A stretch of DNA of 64,000 nucleotides from Bacillota bacterium (lineage in GTDB: Bacteria; Bacillota; Clostridia; Christensenellales; SZUA-584), in NCBI GenBank assembly GCA_023391105.1, contig JAEWBO010000025.1, forward strand, positions 92,335 to 156,334, written 5' to 3'. Positions 36,561 through 46,273 of this stretch are shown one piece after another (positions within the stretch are counted from its first letter, which is position 1; each line of letters opens with the position of its first letter). The translations under genes were made by a program, and so were the position numbers. Under the pieces are notes generated by a model, which saw only the letters and a list, made by a program, of their open reading frames with translations, was not told where the DNA came from and searched no databases.

Positions 36561-38507
36561 TTGCAAAACAAGATATTAAAAGGGATATCTGTCATTATAC
36601 CGGTATATAATGCTGAAAAGTACTTAGCACGTTGCCTCGATTCTGTTCTAAATCAAACTTTTACTAATGTGCAGGTTGTTGTTGTGGACGACGGTTCCAC
36701 AGATTCTTCGCCGGGGATTATCCGGGCTTATGCATCACGTGACAATGTTACCGCTGTATTTAACGAAACAAACCGCGGCGCCGCGTATTGCCGCAATAAG
36801 GCGCTGAATTTGATATTAACTGAATATGTCGGATTTGTTGACGCCGATGATTACATCGACAGCCGTTATTATGAGCTGCTTTTCAGCGAAATGGTGAAGA
36901 CGGGCGCTGATATCGCAGTTTGTGATTTTCATATTATTGCAGAAGATCACGAATTATTTATTGATGCTTCTCAAGGAGAAAATAGTAGATATTCGTTTGT
37001 CAATCATTCTATGGCAGCTTCACCGTGCAATAAACTCTTTAAAAAAGAACTGCTTATAAAATATCCATTCGCAGAGGGGATAATGAATGAGGATATACCC
37101 GCTGTGATTCCGGCGCTGGTTCATGCCAAAAATGTCTGTTATTTGCCCAAGTGCTATTATACATATTTCCAACATAGTGAGTCTTCTCAAAATTCAGCTT
37201 TTTCAATGAAAAGATTTGATATCTTTAAAGCTGTGGACATTGCTATAGAAAGAATTGGAGCAGGAAAAGAATACGAAGACTATAAGAGAGCGGTAATTTT
37301 TAATCAATTGGTGCTGCTGCTTGTGGGAGTTATACCAAAAGAAAAGCGTTTTTTCAAGCGAAGCAAAAATATCAGAAACTATAATAGATTAATTGCAAAA
37401 TATAAAGTTAATCCGGCTATAATAGAAAATGAATTTTTACAAGACCAAGCTTTTAAAATGAAAAAATACTATCATATACTGATAAAACTGAGCAATTTAA
37501 ACATGGTGTTTCTCGCCAACTGCTTAATACAAATGTATATTGTATATAAAAAGCACAAAAATAAGAAGCTTTTTTCTGTTATTCGACATGATATAGATGA
37601 ATCAGTTGTAATAAATTCGGCAAAAAAACATAGTCAATTGGACGATTTTTGTTTTTGTATATCAGTCATAATACCTAACTATAACTATTCAAGATTCATG
37701 TTTCAAAGGTTATATAGTATTCTTGAGCAAAAAGTAAAAATAAAAGAGATAATTATACTTGATGATTGCTCTTCAGACGACAGTGCGGAAAAAATTAAGT
37801 GGATACAGGATAACATTGGCAAGTATATAAACGTAAAATCAGTATTCAATGACGCCAACTCCGGCAGCGCATTTAAGCAGTGGCGAAAGGGCCTTGAGAT
37901 GGCGTCTGGCGATTATATCTGGATCGCCGAAGCGGATGACTACAGTGAGCCCGGCATGCTGGAAAAGCTGGCCGAACCAGTGCGGCACGACCGCTCTGTT
38001 ACGCTGTCCTACTGCAACACTGCGTTTATGGACGGCGGCGGGTATCTGATGCCCGTAAATGTCCTAAAAATGATCGATTTGATGCATACGGGCCACTGGA
38101 AAAAGAGCTATGTGAACGACGGTGTGGACGAGATCAAGCATTATGCGTTTTTGAACTGCACTATTAGCAACGTGTCCAGCGTATTATTCAAAGCAAATGT
38201 GGTAACGGATTTTGATGACATATTGAAATATAAACAAGCGGGGGACTGGTTGTTTTACGTTAAACTTATGGAAAATGGCAAGGTTGCATATACAAATCAA
38301 ATCCTGAATTATTACCGACTTCATGGCAGCAACGTATCAAGTACAACAAAGAAGAGAGATGTATTAACTGAAATGATTCGCATCCACCAGTATATTCTGG
38401 GTCATTTTGGTTTGAATAAATCTCAAAAAAGGCATATAATGAACAGATATCGGACTTTGATAAAGATATGGGGGCTTAAAGAATATAAATTAGACAAGCG
38501 TTTTTAG
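36561..38507 (+). CDS. Bifunctional glycosyltransferase with two GT2 domains
   Basis: Domain 1: ISVIIPVYNAEKYLARCLDSVLNQ...VVDDGSTD...FVDADDY. Domain 2: ISVIIPNYNYSRFMFQRLYSILEQ...ILDDCSSDDS...WIAEADDY. TTG start at 36561 with RBS gaggtg. Confidence 0.85.
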   Translation: MQNKILKGISVIIPVYNAEKYLARCLDSVLNQTFTNVQVVVVDDGSTDSSPGIIRAYASRDNVTAVFNETNRGAAYCRNKALNLILTEYVGFVDADDYIDSRYYELLFSEMVKTGADIAVCDFHIIAEDHELFIDASQGENSRYSFVNHSMAASPCNKLFKKELLIKYPFAEGIMNEDIPAVIPALVHAKNVCYLPKCYYTYFQHSESSQNSAFSMKRFDIFKAVDIAIERIGAGKEYEDYKRAVIFNQLVLLLVGVIPKEKRFFKRSKNIRNYNRLIAKYKVNPAIIENEFLQDQAFKMKKYYHILIKLSNLNMVFLANCLIQMYIVYKKHKNKKLFSVIRHDIDESVVINSAKKHSQLDDFCFCISVIIPNYNYSRFMFQRLYSILEQKVKIKEIIILDDCSSDDSAEKIKWIQDNIGKYINVKSVFNDANSGSAFKQWRKGLEMASGDYIWIAEADDYSEPGMLEKLAEPVRHDRSVTLSYCNTAFMDGGGYLMPVNVLKMIDLMHTGHWKKSYVNDGVDEIKHYAFLNCTISNVSSVLFKANVVTDFDDILKYKQAGDWLFYVKLMENGKVAYTNQILNYYRLHGSNVSSTTKKRDVLTEMIRIHQYILGHFGLNKSQKRHIMNRYRTLIKIWGLKEYKLDKRF

Positions 38508-38522
38508 AACTAGCTACTAAAT

Positions 38523-41500
38523 ATGTCGGGGGTAAATACAGTGGGTAAACAACCAAAAATTTCAGTCATTATAACAACATATAACAGTGAAGATACAATT
38601 GAAAGGTGCTTGCTTTCTTTAGTTAATCAAACAATAAAGGATCTTGAAATAATAATTGTTGATGATGGCTCAACAGACTTAACTTTAACCATAATCAATG
38701 GATACCTGGATAGATATAGTTTAATATCATTATTTGTAAATGAAATAAATAAAGGACCAGGTTACGCTAAAAACAAAGGTCTAGCATCCGCAAAAGGCGA
38801 GTTTGTGGGTTTCCTTGATTCAGATGATTATCTTGATGATGATTACTATGAATTACTTTATAAAGCTGCCTCTCATTATGATACAGGTATAGCATGCTCT
38901 GATTTGGCTTTGGAGTATCCCTCCAAAATGATTTCATGCGATCTAATAACGGGGAATATTTATAATGATCTGCACAAAAAAGAGTTAAAACTAAGAAAAG
39001 GTGCAAATATTATTCCTAGCATATATGCGGCTTCTCATTGGACAGCTGCATCAGCATGTACCAAAATTTTTAAAAGAAGTCTGTTGAATGGTTATCAATT
39101 CTATGAAGGCAGATGCTGTGACGATTTATTATTTTCATTGCCATTGATGGCAAGTGTAAATAAGATTGCATATGTAAAGGGACTGTATTACCACTATGTC
39201 CAAAGAGAAGGCTCAACTGAATATCGCAATTTTGACAAAACACGGCTTGATGCTGTAACATCAATCTCTTTGACTTTTGAACGTTTGCAGCAGATAGATA
39301 ATAGCGAAGAAAATATTAAATTATTAGTTATGAACAGCGGCATTGAAACATTTAAGAAATTGCTGTTTACGACCACAAGTAAAGACCAGCTCGTTTTTAT
39401 AAAAGATTTTTATTCAAGAATATCGCCTCAATTACTTGAATATTTTAGCGTACATAATAACGAGTATATTAGACATTTGCTCGATATATATTATCAATTT
39501 GGTGAGAGAGTATTTTTAGAGAGTTCCTTAGATTTACTCGCTCGTGGCGAATGTGAAATGATACATGAAATATATAATAAATGGATATCAGAACCCCAAG
39601 AATTCTATCCAAAGGTATCCATCGTTATACCTGTTTATAATGGAAGTAATTACATGCGTGAGGCTATTGGAAGCGCGTTAACTCAGACTTATCCAAATAT
39701 CGAAGTCATTGTGGTTAATGATGGCTCAAATGATAACGGAATGACGGATCGTATTGCAAGGTCGTATGGGGATAGGATAAGGTATTTCAAAAAAGAAAAC
39801 GGCGGTGTGGCCACAGCTCTCAATTTAGGTATTGAGAAAATGGAAGGTGAATACTTTGCGTGGCTAAGTCATGATGATATATATGATAATGATAAAATTG
39901 CAAATGAGATGGAGATACTATCCAAACTCAAAGATAGAACCACTTTTATAGCTGGTGGATATACATTAGTAACAAAAACAGGTGAGCGACTTTATGATAT
40001 AAATCTGACTAATTTATACGACCAAGAAGAACTTAGTAGACCGTTATTTGCTGTTTTTCGAGGCGGTATAAATGGCTGTGCAACGCTCATTCATAAAAGC
40101 CATTTTGAAAGGGTCGGGATGTTTAATCCTAGCCTTCCGACAACGCAGGATTATGATATGTGGTTTCGAATTCTTAGAGGCCAGAAATTATATTACTACA
40201 ATGGCTCATTTGTAAAATCACGTACACACGAAGAACAAGGAAGTCGCCAATCGATAAATTCTCATGTAGTAGAGTGCAATGAATTATGGATACGGATGAT
40301 GAGTTCGTTGACTGATGAAGAGCGTACTGCTATTGATGGCACACCTTATTTGTTTTATTTGAATACAGTAAAATTTTTAGAGAGTGCCACAGCTTATAAT
40401 GAAGCGATTTCTTATGCAAAACAACAAGCATTAGAAATTGCAGTGGATAATTACTATATAAAAGATACCAATATACATAAGAAATACGAAATTTTAAATA
40501 CGATTAATTTAGCCATTGATAAGGGACTTAAACTAACAGACTATAAAGATTTCATTGATGCTCCAAGTACGAAAAAGAGAGTGTTCTTTTTGTTAGGTGA
40601 TTTGAGTGATGGAGGAGGGTTAACTCGAGTAACTTTAAATGTTGCGAATTCGCTTACAAATTTATACGATGTCTATATTATTGCTGATAATTCAAAAAGA
40701 AGACATGCTAGCGGAATTTCAAAAGAGATAAAAATTATAGATGTTAGTTTGTATAATTATACACCTGAGCTTTTGGGTGCCATACCTATAATCTTTCGTG
40801 CTGATGTTTTTGTTATGGGATTCAATTGTCAGCAAGCATTGTTACCAATTTACAGTTTGGTAAGAAAAGCCGGAATAAAGACAATAGCATGGAATCATGA
40901 ATTTTATTTCATGCCATACTTTTATTCGCATCTTTGTCATAGTGTACAAATAAAGAACATTGAACATTCGAACGCAGATGCTGTGGTCTGGTCGAACAGC
41001 TTTAGTGCTAATGTTTATGGGTTGTATCATAATAATGGTATTGTAATTCCGAATCCTTTAACTCTGGATAAGCCCAAGAAAGTAGACAGACAAAGAAAAA
41101 ATGTTATAATTTCTGTTGGTCGCTTTGACGACCCTGTGAAGAATCTCGAGTCGCTTCTTATTTCGTTTTCTAAGGTTAAAAATCGCTGCCCTGATTCAGA
41201 GTTATACGTGATAGGGTCGTATGATATGAAGCAGCAAATACCGGATATGCCTGAATACACATATCAAAAGCTAATAAAAGAGCTGGATATACCTGCTGAT
41301 AGTCTGCATTTTACAGGGTGGGTTAACGATACGAGCGTGTACTATAAAAAGGCGAAAATGCAGCTATTTACATCCAATTTTGAAGGGTTTGGTTTAGTTC
41401 TCACGGAAGCAGCTGCATATGGCGTGCCATCTATCGTATTTGATGGCTCTGGGTTTGAAGATATCATCACTGATGGGGAAAATGGTTATATAGTTCAGCG

Positions 41501-42002
41501 AGGTCAAACCGATCATATGGCTGAAAAAGCTATCGAATTAATAGATAGTCAGGATAAATGGATGCAAATGAGCCTTGCCGCAGAAAAGATGTCAGAACGA
41601 TACACTATGGATAACATAACGGATAAATGGCGAGGCTTGGTAGGCGCTGTTATAAACAAAGACAGCGGAGAGTTAAAAGAATATCTGAATCAGGATTTTC
41701 TAGATTCACAGAATAATATCTATGCATTTGCTAAACAGATGGCTTTGCATTACGAAAATTGTATTGACAAAATTATGAGGGACCATTCTATTAACTCTAG
41801 TAATGTCCAAGGAGTTGTGGTTAATGAAAATATAAATTATTCGTCGGATTTCTACAAAAACGAATATGACAAGATGCTTAATACGCTTTCATGGCGGATA
41901 ACAAAGCCGCTCCGGCTTGTTCGCATTGCACAGAATTATTGCAGGGCGAACGGATTTAAGGCGACAATAAAAAGAATACTAGAGAAGATGAAAAAAAAGT
42001 AA
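38523..42002 (+). CDS. Trifunctional glycosyltransferase (GT2 + GT2 + GT4) with a C-terminal SWRITKPLR helix
   Basis: GT2-1: ISVIITTYNSEDTIERCLLSLVNQ...IVDDGSTD...FLDSDDY. GT2-2: VSIVIPVYNGSNYMREAIGSALTQ...VNDGSNDN...WLSHDDIY. GT4: RVFFLLGDLSDGGGLTRV...EGFGLVLTEAAAYGVPSIVFD...ENGYIV. 1159 aa. Confidence 0.85.
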   Translation: MSGVNTVGKQPKISVIITTYNSEDTIERCLLSLVNQTIKDLEIIIVDDGSTDLTLTIINGYLDRYSLISLFVNEINKGPGYAKNKGLASAKGEFVGFLDSDDYLDDDYYELLYKAASHYDTGIACSDLALEYPSKMISCDLITGNIYNDLHKKELKLRKGANIIPSIYAASHWTAASACTKIFKRSLLNGYQFYEGRCCDDLLFSLPLMASVNKIAYVKGLYYHYVQREGSTEYRNFDKTRLDAVTSISLTFERLQQIDNSEENIKLLVMNSGIETFKKLLFTTTSKDQLVFIKDFYSRISPQLLEYFSVHNNEYIRHLLDIYYQFGERVFLESSLDLLARGECEMIHEIYNKWISEPQEFYPKVSIVIPVYNGSNYMREAIGSALTQTYPNIEVIVVNDGSNDNGMTDRIARSYGDRIRYFKKENGGVATALNLGIEKMEGEYFAWLSHDDIYDNDKIANEMEILSKLKDRTTFIAGGYTLVTKTGERLYDINLTNLYDQEELSRPLFAVFRGGINGCATLIHKSHFERVGMFNPSLPTTQDYDMWFRILRGQKLYYYNGSFVKSRTHEEQGSRQSINSHVVECNELWIRMMSSLTDEERTAIDGTPYLFYLNTVKFLESATAYNEAISYAKQQALEIAVDNYYIKDTNIHKKYEILNTINLAIDKGLKLTDYKDFIDAPSTKKRVFFLLGDLSDGGGLTRVTLNVANSLTNLYDVYIIADNSKRRHASGISKEIKIIDVSLYNYTPELLGAIPIIFRADVFVMGFNCQQALLPIYSLVRKAGIKTIAWNHEFYFMPYFYSHLCHSVQIKNIEHSNADAVVWSNSFSANVYGLYHNNGIVIPNPLTLDKPKKVDRQRKNVIISVGRFDDPVKNLESLLISFSKVKNRCPDSELYVIGSYDMKQQIPDMPEYTYQKLIKELDIPADSLHFTGWVNDTSVYYKKAKMQLFTSNFEGFGLVLTEAAAYGVPSIVFDGSGFEDIITDGENGYIVQRGQTDHMAEKAIELIDSQDKWMQMSLAAEKMSERYTMDNITDKWRGLVGAVINKDSGELKEYLNQDFLDSQNNIYAFAKQMALHYENCIDKIMRDHSINSSNVQGVVVNENINYSSDFYKNEYDKMLNTLSWRITKPLRLVRIAQNYCRANGFKATIKRILEKMKKK

Positions 42003-42019
42003 TAACATAAGAGGTATAT

Positions 42020-43180
42020 ATGTCATCACATAGAGATAAAATTCACAGCTTAATTCACAGCACTGATGCACGAATATTAGAAATCGGACCGCTGAATCGG
42101 CCGCTGATTACGAAAGATCGATATCCTAACGTACTCTATTGCGACATACGCAGTACGGAAGAAGTTAAGTCGCTGTATTCTGGTGACGATTATTTAGAAA
42201 TTACGAATATTTCGATTCCCCTTGAAGAGATTGTAGATGTGGACGTGGTTCTCAACGGTAGTTACGAAAAGACTTTTTCAGGGCAGCCAGGGTTTGATTA
42301 CATTGTGGCTTCACATGTTCTGGAGCATGTTGAGGACTTGCTATTTTTCCTGCAGGACATATCAAAAGTGTTGGTCAAAGGTGGTAAGCTCATTGTCTAC
42401 TATCCTGACAAGAGATATTGTTTTGATCATTTTCGAAGCGAGGCTTCATTCCGCGATGCATATGACGTTTATAAAAAGGGCAGAAGCGCGTTGTCTAGAA
42501 TGGTGCTGGATTTTTTCTCAACAGCTATCAATGAGAACGCTGAGATTATATTCTGGAACGCAGCAGATATGCAGAAGCTGCTGCCAAGCAACAACAAAGA
42601 AAAAGCTATGGAATTGTACGAAAGGTCCGGCAAAGGCGAGTTTATGGATGATGTGCATTACTGGCCTTTTACAGACGCGGGATTCTTAAGATTTCTGCAT
42701 GATGCTATTCGTATGGATTTTATAGAACTTTCTTGTGAAGGCTTTTATCCAACATTACGCAACACGCAGGAATTCTTGGTCGTCCTTGGTTCTCAAAATG
42801 GTAACTGGGATAAAGAAAAAGAATTATGCAAAGTAAAAGAAAATTATGCAAGCGTAGCAGATCGATATTATAATTCTATTGTCTTAGATCAAGGAAATAG
42901 AATTGAAGAGCTAGATAAGCAAATTGGTGGATATACTCTGCGAATAAAGGAGTTACAACAGGAAAAGGACGGACTACAACAGGAAAGAGACGGATTACAG
43001 CAGGAAAATGAACAGCTGCATCTCGAAAAACAAGATTTTCAGCGGCAAGCAGATGAGCTCATTAAAAAGCTTGTGTCTCAACAAGAGGAGCATAAAAAAG
43101 AGATATATAGTTATGAACATTCAAAATCATGGCGGTTAACGAAACCATTGCGAGCCATCATGAGACTATTAAAGAGATAA
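42020..43180 (+). CDS. Class I SAM-dependent methyltransferase with a C-terminal coiled coil and SWRLTKPLR helix (WbdD-like chain-terminator candidate)
   Basis: ILEIGPLNRP... and VASHVLEHVEDLLFFLQDISKVLVKGGKLIVYYPD (Methyltransf_11/23-like). Heptad-rich region IEELDKQIGGYTLRIKELQQEKDGLQQERDGLQQENEQLHLEKQDFQRQADELIKKL. Confidence 0.7.
   Translation: MSSHRDKIHSLIHSTDARILEIGPLNRPLITKDRYPNVLYCDIRSTEEVKSLYSGDDYLEITNISIPLEEIVDVDVVLNGSYEKTFSGQPGFDYIVASHVLEHVEDLLFFLQDISKVLVKGGKLIVYYPDKRYCFDHFRSEASFRDAYDVYKKGRSALSRMVLDFFSTAINENAEIIFWNAADMQKLLPSNNKEKAMELYERSGKGEFMDDVHYWPFTDAGFLRFLHDAIRMDFIELSCEGFYPTLRNTQEFLVVLGSQNGNWDKEKELCKVKENYASVADRYYNSIVLDQGNRIEELDKQIGGYTLRIKELQQEKDGLQQERDGLQQENEQLHLEKQDFQRQADELIKKLVSQQEEHKKEIYSYEHSKSWRLTKPLRAIMRLLKR
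42953..43015 (+). repeat. Three tandem 21-nt units (LQQE[KR]DG heptads) inside the coiled-coil region
   Basis: ttacaacaggaaaaggacgga / ctacaacaggaaagagacgga / ttacagcaggaaaatgaacag. Confidence 0.75.
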
Positions 43181-43201
43181 AGGATATTAGGAGGAATTGA
43201 T

Positions 43202-44233
43202 ATGTTTAAAAATAAAACGTTGCTTATTACTGGTGGGACAGGCTCGTTTGGCAATGCGGTTCTACGCAGGTTTCTTGATACGGATATTAAGGAGATTCGC
43301 ATTTTCAGCAGAGATGAAAAGAAGCAGGATGATATGCGCAATCTGTATAAGAACTCAAAAATAAAGTTTTACATTGGAGATGTACGCCAGACTGAAAGCA
43401 TACGTGCTGCCGTAGAGGGTGTCGATTACATCTTTCATGCGGCGGCACTTAAACAAGTGCCATCATGTGAATTTTTTCCATATGAAGCGGTGCGGACGAA
43501 TGTGCTGGGTACGCAGAATGTTATAGAAGCAGCAATCGCCGGTGGCGTAAAAAAAGTCATATGTTTATCGACTGATAAAGCAGTATACCCTATTAATGCT
43601 ATGGGAATGTCGAAGGCACTGATGGAGAAAATTGCATTGTCGAAAACACGTATGGATAACTGCAAAGATACCATTATTGCGGTCACTCGCTACGGTAACG
43701 TGATGTGCTCAAGAGGGTCTGTGATTCCGCTGTTTATTTCGCAGATAAAGAACAATTTACCTATTACTGTGACGGATCCAAATATGACACGTTTTATGAT
43801 GTCTTTGGATGATGCAATTGACCTTGTTCTGTATGCGTTCAAAAATGCAAAAGGCGGTGAATTGTTTATACAGAAGGCACCTGCAGCAACAATAGCAGAC
43901 TTGGCGGAGACTGTCAGAGAGATTTTTAAAGGAGAAAATGACGTTAAGAGCATAGGCACACGCCATGGTGAGAAGCTGTATGAATCGCTGTTGACGCGTG
44001 AAGAGATGGCTAATGCAATAGATTTAGGTGATTATTATATGGTGCCGCTCGATAATCGCGATTTAAACTATGCCAAGTATTTTAATGCGGGACAACAGAA
44101 TGTATCCGAAAGCATAGATTATACATCTCACAGTACGCGCAGACTCAATAAACAAGAGTTAAAAGAGCTTTTGCTCTCTCTTGATTATGTGAGAAACTCA
44201 TTAGAATCAGGGATCGTTGGAGAGGGGTATTAA
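43202..44233 (+). CDS. UDP-N-acetylglucosamine 4,6-dehydratase/5-epimerase (CapE/FnlA/WbjB/WbvB type)
   Basis: MFKNKTLLITGGTGSFGNAVLRRFLDTDIKEIRIFSRDEKKQDDMR...HAAALKQVPSCEFFP...STDKAVYPINAMGMSKALMEK...RYGNVMCSRGSVIPLF is near-colinear with CapE as I remember it. Confidence 0.9.
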   Translation: MFKNKTLLITGGTGSFGNAVLRRFLDTDIKEIRIFSRDEKKQDDMRNLYKNSKIKFYIGDVRQTESIRAAVEGVDYIFHAAALKQVPSCEFFPYEAVRTNVLGTQNVIEAAIAGGVKKVICLSTDKAVYPINAMGMSKALMEKIALSKTRMDNCKDTIIAVTRYGNVMCSRGSVIPLFISQIKNNLPITVTDPNMTRFMMSLDDAIDLVLYAFKNAKGGELFIQKAPAATIADLAETVREIFKGENDVKSIGTRHGEKLYESLLTREEMANAIDLGDYYMVPLDNRDLNYAKYFNAGQQNVSESIDYTSHSTRRLNKQELKELLLSLDYVRNSLESGIVGEGY

Positions 44234-44238
44234 TTAAT

Positions 44239-45360
44239 ATGCGAGTCATGACCATTGTAGGGACAAGACCTGAAATTATTAAGTTGAGCTGTGTCATTGA
44301 AGAATTGGATCGATATGTGGAGCATACTCTCGTTCATACCGGACAGAATTATGATTATGAATTGAATGAAATTTTCTTCTCTGGCATGAGTATTCGCAAG
44401 CCGGATATATTTTTGGGGGTTGCTGGAAATACATCGGCTGAAACAATAGGTAATGTTATTATAAAAACAGACGAGCTTATTAAAGCCCAAAAGCCGGATG
44501 CTATTTTGATCTACGGGGACACGAATTCATGCCTTTCTGTGATATCTGCTAAACGCAATCGTGTACCGATTTTCCATATGGAAGCAGGAAATCGCTGCTT
44601 TGATCAACGCGTTCCTGAGGAAATAAACAGAAAAGTCGTTGATCATTTATCCGATATCAATTTGACCTTAACAGAACATGCTCGAAGGTATCTATTAGCC
44701 GAGGGTATTGCACCAGAAACGGTTTTAAAGGTCGGTTCCAGCATGAAAGAAGTGCTGCGTCGCCAAAACCTACAAATTGAAGAATCTAACGTCTTGGATC
44801 GTCTGCAGCTTATACCAGGTGAATATTTTGTGTTGTCTTGCCACAGGGAAGAAAATGTCGATTCTGAACAAAACTTTTTCGATTTGGTTGAATCAATAAA
44901 TACGATATGTGAAAAGTACAATAAGAAAATTATTTTTTCTGTACATCCCCGTACTCAAAAGAAACTAGAAGAAAAACAAATAGTTTTTCATGAGTTGGTG
45001 GAAAAGATGAAGCCGTTAGGGTTTGCAGATTATTGTAAGCTGCAAAAGAGTGCATTCTGCGTCATAAGCGATAGCGGAACGATTACAGAAGAATCTTCAC
45101 TATTGGGGTTCCCTGCTATCACTGTTCGTCAAGCGCATGAACGACCGGAAGGTATGGATGTAGGCGCACTGATTATGTCTGGTCTTAAGCCAAAAGACAT
45201 AATAACAGCGATCGATACCGTAACGGATCAATGTAATCAGGGAATAACGCCGGAAACTGTGACAGACTATGACACGGATAATGTATCACATAAGGTTGTC
45301 AGAATTATTCTTAGCTACACAAATTATATTCGTCGCACCGTATGGAGGGAGAACGTATGA
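44239..45360 (+). CDS. UDP-2-acetamido-2,6-dideoxy-L-hexose / UDP-GlcNAc 2-epimerase, non-hydrolysing (CapG/FnlC/WbvD type)
   Basis: MTIVGTRPEIIKLS...VHTGQNYDYELNEIFF...GDTNSCLSVISAKR...FHMEAGNRCFDQRVPEEINRKVVDHLSD. Confidence 0.9.
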   Translation: MRVMTIVGTRPEIIKLSCVIEELDRYVEHTLVHTGQNYDYELNEIFFSGMSIRKPDIFLGVAGNTSAETIGNVIIKTDELIKAQKPDAILIYGDTNSCLSVISAKRNRVPIFHMEAGNRCFDQRVPEEINRKVVDHLSDINLTLTEHARRYLLAEGIAPETVLKVGSSMKEVLRRQNLQIEESNVLDRLQLIPGEYFVLSCHREENVDSEQNFFDLVESINTICEKYNKKIIFSVHPRTQKKLEEKQIVFHELVEKMKPLGFADYCKLQKSAFCVISDSGTITEESSLLGFPAITVRQAHERPEGMDVGALIMSGLKPKDIITAIDTVTDQCNQGITPETVTDYDTDNVSHKVVRIILSYTNYIRRTVWRENV

Positions 45361-46232
45361 AGCGCGTAGCTGTTTTGGGCGGCACTGGGATGGCTGGGCA
45401 TGTTGTGTCTATATACTTGGAAGAACAGGATTACGAAGTATTTATTGCGTCCAAAAGTGCCCAAAATGGGTTAAGAAGCAAGTCAATTGATGTGACAAAA
45501 TTTAACGATCTTGCTCAGTGGTTCGAGGAGATTAAGCCGGATGTCATAATAAATTGTATTGGGATATTACAAAAACAAGCTGACGCGTATCCTCATATTG
45601 CTATTCTGATTAATTCATATTTACCTCATTGGCTTGAAAACACTTTCAAAGATACGGAAACGAAGATCATACAACTGTCAACAGACTGTGTTTTTTCCGG
45701 AAATAAAGGATGCTACACCGAAAATGATACACCTGATGGGATGACATTTTATGATCGAAGTAAAGCACTTGGAGAGATTAATAATAAAAAAGATCTAACA
45801 TTTCGTATGTCCATTATTGGACCGGATAAACATGAAAATGGAACGGGACTTTTTCACTGGTTTATGGGACAATCCGGTGAAATAAGAGGATATATCAACG
45901 TGATTTGGAACGGTATTACTACAATTCAACTGGCAAAAGCTATTGATGCGGCAATCAAGCAAGATATCAGTGGGCTCTATCAACTGGTGCCTTGTGGAAA
46001 TATTAGCAAGTATGATTTACTTTGCTTATTTCAGAAGGTTAATTGTAAAAAAGATGTATCTATTATCCCATTTCATGAAGTGTTCTCTAATAAAACATTG
46101 GTTAACACTCGATCAGATTTTGATTTTGAGCTTAAGTCATATCCCGAACAGATTAGGGAGATGAAAGCATGGACCGATACACATAAAGCTTTGTATAGTG
46201 ATAGATATTATGTTAATGATTCTGGATTTTAG
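45357..46232 (+). CDS. RmlD-like SDR reductase (candidate UDP-4-keto-6-deoxy-L-HexNAc 4-reductase, WbvR-like)
   Basis: MKRVAVLGGTGMAGH...INCIGIL...LSTDCVFSGNKGCYTE...YDRSKALGE. 291 aa with no CapF-type cupin domain. ATGA overlap with the epimerase gene and RBS ggaggga. Confidence 0.65.
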   Translation: MKRVAVLGGTGMAGHVVSIYLEEQDYEVFIASKSAQNGLRSKSIDVTKFNDLAQWFEEIKPDVIINCIGILQKQADAYPHIAILINSYLPHWLENTFKDTETKIIQLSTDCVFSGNKGCYTENDTPDGMTFYDRSKALGEINNKKDLTFRMSIIGPDKHENGTGLFHWFMGQSGEIRGYINVIWNGITTIQLAKAIDAAIKQDISGLYQLVPCGNISKYDLLCLFQKVNCKKDVSIIPFHEVFSNKTLVNTRSDFDFELKSYPEQIREMKAWTDTHKALYSDRYYVNDSGF

Positions 46233-46273
46233 TTGTGTCTTATAAAAAAAGGTAGCTAGATAGATTGACTTTA

